Positions 27,755-35,834 of a stretch of DNA of 64,000 nt are shown one piece after another. The stretch lies in the NCBI GenBank assembly GCA_963716475.1, contig OY970314.1, forward strand, positions 854,508 through 918,507, in the 5' to 3' direction. Under the pieces are notes generated by a model. It saw only the letters and a list, made by a program, of their open reading frames with translations. It did not search any database and was not told where the DNA came from. The number at the start of each line of letters is the position of its first letter. Position 1 is the first letter of the stretch. A program made the translations under genes and the position numbers. This stretch comes from Candidatus Woesebacteria bacterium (lineage in GTDB: Bacteria; Patescibacteriota; Microgenomatia; UBA8517).

Positions 27755-28153
27755 ATGGATACAAATAAAAGGTTTAAAACTGTTCGTTTGCTGGTCGCCT
27801 TATTCGTCGGCGTGACCGTTGCGGTTGCAGTGATTCAAAACAGCTATTTATTGGCTGTGGCGGGAGTTGTATCTGGAATGCTGTTCATGATAGTAATGCG
27901 TTCTAAGGCAAAAATTACGGTTGACGAGCGGGAAAAGACCGTTCGGGAGAAAGCCGCCCAGCTGACCTATGCTATTTTTGCACCAACGATGGGACTAAAC
28001 GCATTTATACTGACCATATTTGGTAGAAATAACCCCACAATGGAGGCCACCGGACAAACATTGTCTTACCTCACTTTGTTTTTAATCATTTTGTACGCTA
28101 TCTCCTACCGAATAGTTAACAAAAAACTTGGGGGCGGCGATTATGAAAAATAA
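27755..28153 (+). CDS. DUF2178-like membrane protein
   Basis: VDEREKTVREKAAQLTY, four TM helices, paired with an HTH gene. Confidence 0.8.
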   Translation: MDTNKRFKTVRLLVALFVGVTVAVAVIQNSYLLAVAGVVSGMLFMIVMRSKAKITVDEREKTVREKAAQLTYAIFAPTMGLNAFILTIFGRNNPTMEATGQTLSYLTLFLIILYAISYRIVNKKLGGGDYEK

Positions 28154-28358
28154 GCAGAGCTTGTTGCTTCGCAATAAACTTAAGGTTTATAGAGCAATGC
28201 GTGACCTAACCCAGGAGCAACTTGCTGATAAGTTGGGTGTCACCCGGCAGACGATTATTGCAATTGAGAGTGACAAATATTTACCGTCATTATCTTTAGC
28301 TTTCAGACTTTCCCAACTTTTCAACTGTAAAATAGAGGACCTCTTTGTAATTTCTTAA
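28143..28358 (+). CDS. XRE-family HTH regulator
   Basis: NKLKVYRAMRDLTQEQLADKLGVTRQTIIAIESDKYLPSL; stop codon lies inside repeat 2. Confidence 0.92.
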   Translation: MKNKQSLLLRNKLKVYRAMRDLTQEQLADKLGVTRQTIIAIESDKYLPSLSLAFRLSQLFNCKIEDLFVIS

Positions 28359-28459
28359 TTTCCTCCCACTTACTCCTGACTGCTTTCATCTGAACAGTAT
28401 CCTGCAAGGCTAAGAATATTTTATCCAAGGCTGCTATAATTGTTTCAGAACCGGGGAGC
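28355..28459. repeat. att-like repeat copy 2
   Basis: Ends CCGGGGAGC(CA). Confidence 0.92.
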
Positions 28460-28501
28460 CAGTTGGCATTTAATGTACAAAATAAAAGGGGGTGAGTTGC
28501 G

Positions 28502-28699
28502 ATGTCGGTAAATATCATTGAAATATCTGATTTAATAACACAAGAAGGGAAACAAGCAAAAAAATACGAAGAACTTATTGAAAAAGCTCAGAATGAGGGT
28601 TTTATTGCACAACTTAAAGAGTTAAGAGAATTATCCGTAAAGAAATTAAATCTATTAACAAAAATTATTAAAGAAGGACCTTGGGGAAATTGGGAATAG
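28502..28699 (+). CDS. Small helical hypothetical protein
   Basis: 65 aa, SD-like AAGGGGGTGA, AT-rich, sole cargo of cassette 3. Confidence 0.75.
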   Translation: MSVNIIEISDLITQEGKQAKKYEELIEKAQNEGFIAQLKELRELSVKKLNLLTKIIKEGPWGNWE

Positions 28700-28706
28700 A
28701 TATTTT

Positions 28707-28811
28707 TTAATTTCCTCCCACTTACTCCTTACAGACTCTATTTGAACGGTATTTTGTAAAGCTAAAAATATTTTATCCAAGGCTGCTATAATTGTTTCAG
28801 AACCGGGGAGC
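28707..28811. repeat. att-like repeat copy 3
   Basis: Ends CCGGGGAGC. Confidence 0.92.
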
Positions 28812-28828
28812 CGTATATATCAATAAAT

Positions 28829-29668
28829 ATGAATGAAGCCTTGACAGCCTGGTACAGGAAGATTTTTGCCAGACCCTCTTTGTATAAATTGAATTTACAT
28901 TTGTATAAATTAGCACTTCGGGGTTTAGGCGTACTTAATTCAGAAGGACCTAAAGCTACCGGAGAGGCGTGGTTATGCAGAAAGTTGAATCAGAAGATGC
29001 GGGTAAGGACTGTGATAGATGTGGGAGCCAATTTGGACATATTCGGAATTAGTGAGTTTTCCGGAGCTGATATCTACGCGTGCGAGCCGCATCCGGAGAC
29101 TTTTTCAAAGATGCGTCAGAAATTTGCCAAAAAGACAAAACAAGGGCACCTTCATTTAATAAATATGGCATTAAGTGATCATTCTGGAACGGCAAATCTT
29201 TGGGATTTTGCGGACGATGCCGCTTTAAAACACACCCAACCAACCTCAACTCTTTCTTCTTTACAAAAGGCGGTAATTGAAGACATCCATAAACAAAAAG
29301 CTCAGAGCTACAAAGTAAAAGTTACAACTCTGGATGCATTGGCTTCCAGTTTAAACATTCAACGTGTTGATATTCTGAAAATTGACACAGAGGGGAATGA
29401 ATTAAAGGTTTTAGAAGGAGGGAGAAACATGCTGGGACAGAAAAAAGTTGAAGTAATATTGTTTGAATTTAATGAGATGAATGTGATTTCCAGAACATTT
29501 TTTTATGACTTTATGAAACTACTTCCGGATTATCGATTTTTCCGGTTATTGCCCTCAGGGTTGATCCCCATTACCGAATATCGGCCGATAACTCACGAAA
29601 TATTCGGTTTTCAGAATATCTTATGCGTGAGGAAAGAATTAAGCGAAAAATTTAACTTGGAGAAATGA
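28829..29668 (+). CDS. FkbM family methyltransferase
   Basis: IDVGAN, ACEP, TTLD, LKIDTEGNELKVLEG. Confidence 0.9.
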   Translation: MNEALTAWYRKIFARPSLYKLNLHLYKLALRGLGVLNSEGPKATGEAWLCRKLNQKMRVRTVIDVGANLDIFGISEFSGADIYACEPHPETFSKMRQKFAKKTKQGHLHLINMALSDHSGTANLWDFADDAALKHTQPTSTLSSLQKAVIEDIHKQKAQSYKVKVTTLDALASSLNIQRVDILKIDTEGNELKVLEGGRNMLGQKKVEVILFEFNEMNVISRTFFYDFMKLLPDYRFFRLLPSGLIPITEYRPITHEIFGFQNILCVRKELSEKFNLEK

Positions 29669-31137
29669 AGGTTATGCAATTGTGGAGCCGTAAAATTCTG
29701 AAAGGAATATTGATGCTGGTTATGTTAACCGGGGTTGTATTTCTGATTGTTGGGGGGGGATGCGGGTGGTCCGGGATGAAAATGGTGAGAGGCATATTAG
29801 ATGGTAGACCGGACGAGTTTGGGAGATACTACCCGGTGGTCAGGCGGTGTACAAATGGACCACCGTTTGTGAATAAACTGGATAAAATTTTGAACGGGAC
29901 ATACCTTGTTTTGTTGCAAAATAATACTGAGTTAAGGGCAACGGGGGGATTTCCGGGTAGTTACGCCAGAGTTACATTTGAAAACGGAGTATTAAAAAGC
30001 ATGTCCGTCCAGGATCTGTACCAACCGGACGGTCAGCTGCTGGGGCACGTAGAACCACCATATCCGATACAAGAGGCATTTTTACAAGGCTGGTTTAAAT
30101 TAAGGGATGCTAATTGGGATCCGGATTATGCGAAGGCCGCGGCAACAATGGACTGGTTTTTTGAACGGGGGGGAGAAACAAAGGTGGATGGAATAGTGGC
30201 GGTAAACCTGGGGCTTTTAACAAAGTGGCTGGAAATAATGGGGCCGGTTAGGGTAATGCCCTTTGATGAAACAGTGAATGCGAAGAACCTATATTCACTG
30301 GCCCAAGCCTACGCCGAAACCAGGATATTTGATAATGTGACCCTAAAAACAGAATTTATCGGGGCGGCCGGAGAGGCTCTTTGGGAGAGAACTAAAGATG
30401 CTAATTGGATAAAGTTATTGAAACTGGGGTCATTAATTTTGGATCAATTAAATAAAAAACAAATATTAGTATGGACAAAAGATCAGGAGATACAGAAAGA
30501 CGTAGTCAATATTCGCTGGGATGGGGGACTAACTTCAGGATGGGACGGAGGCGGAGACTATTTGTATGTGGTAGACAGTAATTTGGGAGCAAATAAAGCT
30601 GACTGTTGTATTGCAAGACAAGTAAAGTTGGATATAGAAAAAAACGGCAATGAAAGCCACGAAATAATTTTCCTGAAATGGCAAAATGAGAACGAATCCC
30701 GGGTAGCCGGGCCGGTATCTTGGGGGGGAGTTTACAATGACTATGTGAGGGTGGTCCTACCTAAATCCGCGGTTAGCGATCTGAAAGTAAAAGTTGGGGA
30801 CAAAGTTCTACGAGAAGCGACTGCCGAAGATTTCAGTATGCCCAATTCACTTAGACAGGGTAAATCACTAGATATGTATGTAGTGGAGGATAGAACTAAC
30901 CAGACTGAGGCTGAGTCATTACAAATTGTAGGTTTTTGGCTACCGACAATAGGTATAGGTAATACAGAAACCGCGGAGGTAGAACTGGTGAGTAAAAGAA
31001 ATCCCTCGGGGAATTATAAAGTGTGGGTAAAAAGGCAGCCGGGAGAGGATAACCTGGACTTTCAAGCTGTGGGGAATGGGAAAATACTAGTAAATGAAAA
31101 AATACCTGCGGATAAAAGCTATCAATGGGGGTTGTGA
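29665..31137 (+). CDS. DUF4012 domain protein
   Basis: YLVLLQNNTELRATGGFPGSY, LRDANWDPD, DSNLGANKAD. Confidence 0.88.
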   Translation: MKVMQLWSRKILKGILMLVMLTGVVFLIVGGGCGWSGMKMVRGILDGRPDEFGRYYPVVRRCTNGPPFVNKLDKILNGTYLVLLQNNTELRATGGFPGSYARVTFENGVLKSMSVQDLYQPDGQLLGHVEPPYPIQEAFLQGWFKLRDANWDPDYAKAAATMDWFFERGGETKVDGIVAVNLGLLTKWLEIMGPVRVMPFDETVNAKNLYSLAQAYAETRIFDNVTLKTEFIGAAGEALWERTKDANWIKLLKLGSLILDQLNKKQILVWTKDQEIQKDVVNIRWDGGLTSGWDGGGDYLYVVDSNLGANKADCCIARQVKLDIEKNGNESHEIIFLKWQNENESRVAGPVSWGGVYNDYVRVVLPKSAVSDLKVKVGDKVLREATAEDFSMPNSLRQGKSLDMYVVEDRTNQTEAESLQIVGFWLPTIGIGNTETAEVELVSKRNPSGNYKVWVKRQPGEDNLDFQAVGNGKILVNEKIPADKSYQWGL

Positions 31138-31315
31138 TTTTTCTGTCAGCTTCGTGACCACCGTGGTTACTCTTGCCTGTTTTTATTGCAAGCCAATACG
31201 ACAAGTTTGGTTATCTGAATTAAAGTTTTGATATAGATGTGGACTTGGTTTGTGGCTAAGAAGTTCCTCATACAGTCCACTAGAGTGAGTAAGAAGATGA
31301 TAGTATTATAGAAAT

Positions 31316-31555
31316 ATGGATAAAGAAGAAAAACCGGTTGAGTGCAGTAAAGAAAAGATGGCTTGGAGATATCATCACCACCGTCACCACGATCACGGGA
31401 GTTCCGGAGCAATTTACGGATTAGGAGTAATTGGTGCGTTATTTTACTTTCTGCAAAATGCTACGACTTTCGTGGCGGTAGTAATAGGAATCGGAAAGGC
31501 AATTTTTTGGCCGGCCATTTTGATGTTTAAATTACTGACTTACTTACAGTTGTAA
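31316..31555 (+). CDS. Small membrane protein with His-rich segment
   Basis: HHHRHHDH, GAIYGLGVIGA, KAIFWPA. Confidence 0.75.
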   Translation: MDKEEKPVECSKEKMAWRYHHHRHHDHGSSGAIYGLGVIGALFYFLQNATTFVAVVIGIGKAIFWPAILMFKLLTYLQL

Positions 31556-31572
31556 TAAGTAAATAATCTTTA

Positions 31573-32019
31573 TTATTTAGCTCTTCTGACTTGTGTGGCG
31601 TGAGTGAGGAGGTGCCCGGCAATTAGATGCAGAAATTCCGGGGTAGAGTATACACGTCCGCCCTGTTTGTAGGTCATTTTGGGAACTCCCTTTTTCACAA
31701 TACTTTCATAAAGAGTGTTTTGAGCTTTTCTAAGTCTCTCTATTAATTTTGCAGCAGATATGTTTCTCAGCATAGACACACCCTCAATATTTAGTGCATA
31801 ACCGGGACCCTCAAGGAGGGGCGGGTCGAGGTTGGCTGCGAGCGCTTTATAGTTAGCTGCATAACTTTCGTGCCAGAAAACTATATGGCAGAGTACATCT
31901 TTAACTGTCCACTCATCTGTTGCCATTAAACTCATCTTCTTCTTTTTAACCTCTCCAATAAACACATCTAGGCTATTCGAAAGTTCCGTAAATTTATTCC
32001 TATAATTAATAACAGTCAC
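31573..32019 (-). CDS. DinB/ClbS-DfsB-like four-helix protein
   Basis: WTVKDVLCHIVFWH ... HLLTHATQV. Confidence 0.8.
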   Translation of the reverse strand: MTVINYRNKFTELSNSLDVFIGEVKKKKMSLMATDEWTVKDVLCHIVFWHESYAANYKALAANLDPPLLEGPGYALNIEGVSMLRNISAAKLIERLRKAQNTLYESIVKKGVPKMTYKQGGRVYSTPEFLHLIAGHLLTHATQVRRAK

Positions 32020-32081
32020 AACTTATTATAATCCATGTAAATTTCAGTTATTATTAAGCGGGTTTATGGTAGTATGGCCTC

Positions 32082-32387
32082 ATGGAGGACGATTTAAAAG
32101 TATTATCGGCGGAAGAAGTTGAACGGAAACTTAAAGAATTTCCGGGTTGGAGCTATCATGATGACAAAATCACCAAGGAGTTTAAATTTGAAAGTTTTAC
32201 GAAAGCGGTGGAATTTGTGAATAAACTGGCCCCATTCTGCAATAAAATTGACCACCACCCCGATATTCACATTTATTACAAAAGGATAGTTTTTGATCTT
32301 CAGCGTTTTAGTGTCGGCGGCAAAGTTACGCCAAGGGATTTCACTGTCGCCTCAGAAATTGAGCGCCTCTTCAGGATTTATACTTAA
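32082..32387 (+). CDS. Pterin-4-alpha-carbinolamine dehydratase
   Basis: FKFESF, DHHPDI, VTPRDF. Confidence 0.88.
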   Translation: MEDDLKVLSAEEVERKLKEFPGWSYHDDKITKEFKFESFTKAVEFVNKLAPFCNKIDHHPDIHIYYKRIVFDLQRFSVGGKVTPRDFTVASEIERLFRIYT

Positions 32388-32445
32388 TCAGCAATTTTTC
32401 AGCTAATTCATATAATCTCTACCGATCGGAGGTGAGACTATTATT

Positions 32446-32991
32446 ATGAAAAATAGTGATTCAAAACGAAAAGCGGTTGTGCTTACAGCTGATCAGTTCG
32501 AAGATATGGAGGTCATGTATCCTCTCTTCCGTCTGCAGGAGGCAGGCTGGCAGGTTGACGTCGCCGCTCCCAAAAAAGTTGCCATTCACGGAGAATTTGG
32601 CTACGGGGAGCTTATGCCGGATATTTTGATTGATGAGGTAAATCCGGATAGCTACGACCTGCTCGTTATACCGGGAGGTTCACCGGGGGGAGCACCCTCA
32701 ACTGTGCGAAAAAACAAAAAAGCACGCGAGATCACCCAGTCTTTTTTTGCTAAAAATAAGCCGGTTGCTTCTGTGTGTCACGGCCCGTGGACGCTTGCTG
32801 ATTCCGGGGTTATAAAAGGCAGACACCTTACCTGCTATTGGCATGACGGGGTTCCTGAAAGTGTTAAAGAAGCCGGTGGTATTTGGGAGGATAAAGAGGT
32901 GGTAGTTGATGGCAATTTGGTTACTTCCCGCTGGCCACCCGATTTACCTGCCTTTATGCGTGAGGTAATGAAGATGGTTCAGCCTGCGTAA
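32446..32991 (+). CDS. PfpI/DJ-1 family protein
   Basis: FEDME, IPGG, SVCHGPW, VVDGNLVTSR; SD GGAGGTGA. Confidence 0.92.
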   Translation: MKNSDSKRKAVVLTADQFEDMEVMYPLFRLQEAGWQVDVAAPKKVAIHGEFGYGELMPDILIDEVNPDSYDLLVIPGGSPGGAPSTVRKNKKAREITQSFFAKNKPVASVCHGPWTLADSGVIKGRHLTCYWHDGVPESVKEAGGIWEDKEVVVDGNLVTSRWPPDLPAFMREVMKMVQPA

Positions 32992-33037
32992 ATCAGACTA
33001 TAAGTTATAATTGTGATATAATTATGGCTTCATAAAT

Positions 33038-33325
33038 ATGCAGGAAATAGAATTTCCCTTGTGCAGGCCTTCTACAGGCTATTGGTGTGTTCAGTGTTGC
33101 GTGAATGACAGGTGCCCTGTTTTGGGCAGGCTTCCGGATGAGACGCGGGGCTGTCTTGGTCACCAGACCATAGCTAACCCTGAAATTCACCAATTAGCAT
33201 CCTGCAAAGAACATGTCTGTTATCGCGATTTTTTTAATAACCCCGACAACATAGACAAGGTCCGCGAAGCAATATTGGCATGCCCTCCGGGTGAATTCAA
33301 AATATCTGATTTTATCCAAAAATAA
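33038..33325 (+). CDS. Cys-rich hypothetical protein
   Basis: 95 aa, CVQCC motif, TATAAT upstream. Confidence 0.55.
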   Translation: MQEIEFPLCRPSTGYWCVQCCVNDRCPVLGRLPDETRGCLGHQTIANPEIHQLASCKEHVCYRDFFNNPDNIDKVREAILACPPGEFKISDFIQK

Positions 33326-33328
33326 CTA

Positions 33329-33829
33329 TTATTTTTTCTTGGTTGAAGCTGCTTTCTTGACTGCCTTTTTAATTTTCGGAAGATCTACTTTATCGGCAAT
33401 CCGTTCGACAGGCTCAGGACTCTTAGTCTTCTCTTCTTTGATAACTGGGGTTTGGATAACAGGAGCAATGACTTTTGGTTCCAAAATATTCAAAATTTTA
33501 TCCAGTTTAGCATTAATCGCGCTCAAATCGGGTCCACCTTGGGCCTGGGGGGCTCGGGGTCTGTCATCAAACCTTCTTGAGTCAGACCTTCCTCCGCCCA
33601 TTTTCTCAAAACAATCGCTGCAATAAACCGGTTTGCCGTTTGTGGGTCTGAAAGGTACTTCGCATTCCTTCCCGCAGTTGCTGCAAATGGTTTTAAACAT
33701 CTCGCGCCTGCCCCTGTCCTCACCGAAAGACGATCTACCTCTTCCCGAAAAACCGCCGTGTCCACCGCCCCGGCTGAAGCCACCACGGTATCCGCCTGAC
33801 CTATTATCGTCTCTACTAAAATTTCCCAT
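33329..33829 (-). CDS. CxxC-x17-CxxC domain protein with RG-rich N-terminus
   Basis: CSNCGKECEVPFRPTNGKPVYCSDCF. Confidence 0.88.
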   Translation of the reverse strand: MGNFSRDDNRSGGYRGGFSRGGGHGGFSGRGRSSFGEDRGRREMFKTICSNCGKECEVPFRPTNGKPVYCSDCFEKMGGGRSDSRRFDDRPRAPQAQGGPDLSAINAKLDKILNILEPKVIAPVIQTPVIKEEKTKSPEPVERIADKVDLPKIKKAVKKAASTKKK

Positions 33830-33854
33830 AGTGTTCATGATACCACATAAACCA

Positions 33855-34238
33855 TTATTTTTCCACCTCAAACCAGTCGACCTGGGTTTGGTCATCAGGC
33901 TCGCCGTTATAATTAACAGTGATCTCCTCACCCTTTTTGATGGGTTTAACCGCCCTATAGACCATGGAGTTGGTTTTGAAATTTTGCTTCCAGTCTGCAT
34001 TGGGATAGTAGGCGTGGTTATAAATCGAGCCGTAACCCAAAACCAAAGAACCGCTTTGTGTGCTCCGCCACGGGTAAATGTAGTAACTGAAGATTGTTTT
34101 TTCGACAATTTTCCGTTCTTTAGGTGTGATATTGATTACCGGGCACGTCTCGATTATTTCGCCTTCTTTAAAATCTCTAAGTGCGAATACCCCCCGGCCT
34201 TTTTTAGGTGTATTCCTTACGATAATATTTTTACGCAT
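33855..34238 (-). CDS. SET-domain protein
   Basis: KGRGVFA, YNHAYYPNA, GEEITVNY. Confidence 0.9.
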   Translation of the reverse strand: MRKNIIVRNTPKKGRGVFALRDFKEGEIIETCPVINITPKERKIVEKTIFSYYIYPWRSTQSGSLVLGYGSIYNHAYYPNADWKQNFKTNSMVYRAVKPIKKGEEITVNYNGEPDDQTQVDWFEVEK

Positions 34239-34259
34239 ATGAATGTATAATAGCGCTTA

Positions 34260-35222
34260 ATGAAAACTTGGCAAAGAATCAAAAGTAACCCGAAGCTAAT
34301 GGAGAAGTATCTGGTACGGGAAAAAGTAATCGATACAATCCGTTCTTTCTTCAAGAATCAGGGATTCCATGAGGTTTTTACTCCGATTTTGGTACCCGTT
34401 CCTTCCATTGAGCCGAATTTGGAGGTATTCCAAACCGAACTTAGAACGTCAAAAGGCTTGAAACGCGCAGGGTTTCTGATCATGAGTCCCGAATTTTCGA
34501 TCAAAAAGCTTCTGGCAGCGGGAGTGGGCAGCTGTTTTGAAATCACGAAATGTTTCAGGAATGAGGAAGAGGTAAGCAGGCTTCATAATCCGGAATTTAC
34601 AATGCTTGAGTGGTACAGAGTAGGGGCGGACTATCGGGATATCATGAAAGATTTTGAAAATTTGTTTTTGAAAATCATAGGTAAAGATAAATTGAAGTAT
34701 CAGGGAGAAGTCTATGACATTTCCCTTCCATGGCCTAGGATTAGTTTTGAAGAAGCGTTTGACAAATACGCAGGACGCAAAATTGAAGACGTCAAGGATG
34801 AAGATTTCTACCAAATATTTTTTAATGAAGTGGAACCCAATCTTAGAGAGAGTAAAAAACCGGTAATTATTTATGATTATCCGATTTCCCAAGCAGCTTT
34901 GGCTAGGCCAAAAGTATCTGACGGCCGATTTGCGGAAAGATTTGAGGTTTTTTTGGCAGGGATAGAACTGGGGAATTGTTTTTCAGAGCTGACGGACGCC
35001 GGGCAGCAAAAGAAACGTTTTGAAGCAGACTTGGTTGAAAGAAAGAGGCAAGGCAAGGCTGATTATCCGATCGATGAGGATTTAATTGAGGCTTTGAAAG
35101 AGGGATTACCGGAAGTTTCCGGAATTGCAGTTGGAGTGGATCGACTTATTATGCTCGCTGCTAACGTCCCCTCGATTTCCCAAACAATGTTTTTCCCTGG
35201 GGAAGAACAATTTGACCTCTAA
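34260..35222 (+). CDS. epmA: EF-P lysine aminoacylase
   Basis: SPEFSIKKLLAAG, FRNEE, HNPEFTMLEWY, GIAVGVDRL; no anticodon-binding domain; next to efp. Confidence 0.92.
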   Translation: MKTWQRIKSNPKLMEKYLVREKVIDTIRSFFKNQGFHEVFTPILVPVPSIEPNLEVFQTELRTSKGLKRAGFLIMSPEFSIKKLLAAGVGSCFEITKCFRNEEEVSRLHNPEFTMLEWYRVGADYRDIMKDFENLFLKIIGKDKLKYQGEVYDISLPWPRISFEEAFDKYAGRKIEDVKDEDFYQIFFNEVEPNLRESKKPVIIYDYPISQAALARPKVSDGRFAERFEVFLAGIELGNCFSELTDAGQQKKRFEADLVERKRQGKADYPIDEDLIEALKEGLPEVSGIAVGVDRLIMLAANVPSISQTMFFPGEEQFDL

Positions 35223-35250
35223 TACAGTATTAGCTTAAAATACGCGAAGT

Positions 35251-35817
35251 ATGGATACAATAAATGCCGGCAATATCATAAAAGGTAGCTTCATTATCTT
35301 TAAGGGAGCCCCTGTTTACGTAACCAAGACGGAATTTATGTCACCCGGCAAGGGTTCGCCGGTAATGCGTATCAAGTTTAAAAATGTTCAGACAGGGTCT
35401 GCGGGGGAGTTTACTTATAAAACCAGCGAAAGCGTTGAGGTTGCCGAAATTGAGAAGAAAGAAATGGAATATCTATATAGGGACGGCGACGACCTGGTTT
35501 TTATGGATCCCAAGTCGTACGACCAGGCTTCGATTCCGCTGGCCTTGGTTGAGGACCAATTCGGATACTTTTTGCCAAATCTTAAATGTTGGATTGTGTG
35601 GTATAAGGGTAAGGCTATTGGTGCCACGCTCCCGCCTCATATAACTTTGGAAGTGACCGAATCTCCGGACGAGGTGGCAGGTAATAGAATTAATGCTCCT
35701 AAAAAGACGGTAAAGCTTGAAACCGGAATTGAGGCCCAAGTCCCACTTTTTATAAAAGTCGGAGAGAAAATTCAGCTTGATACCACTACAGGGGAGTATT
35801 TGGGTAGAGTAAAGTAA
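35251..35817 (+). CDS. efp: Elongation factor P
   Basis: PGKG loop, EYLY, FMD, VPLFI, YLGRV. Confidence 0.95.
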   Translation: MDTINAGNIIKGSFIIFKGAPVYVTKTEFMSPGKGSPVMRIKFKNVQTGSAGEFTYKTSESVEVAEIEKKEMEYLYRDGDDLVFMDPKSYDQASIPLALVEDQFGYFLPNLKCWIVWYKGKAIGATLPPHITLEVTESPDEVAGNRINAPKKTVKLETGIEAQVPLFIKVGEKIQLDTTTGEYLGRVK

Positions 35818-35834
35818 TGGGTTAGAATAAAATA

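Larger units (their letters stand above)
26034..28811 (+). mobile_element. tRNA-Asn-anchored tandem cassette array (1601, 816 and 352 bp units)
   Basis: tRNA 3' core CCGGGGAGC recurs at the end of three ~105-bp repeats that bound unrelated cargo genes. Confidence 0.75.

Noticed and set aside
27539-28811. CRISPR array or classical integron attC sites
   Set aside because: Repeats are ~105 bp with gene-sized spacers, there are no cas or intI genes, and no RYYYAAC...GTTRRRY palindromic attC structure is present.
33329-34108. 259-aa ORF as given in the track
   Set aside because: The N-terminal part overlaps the SET gene in another frame; the real start is probably 33829.
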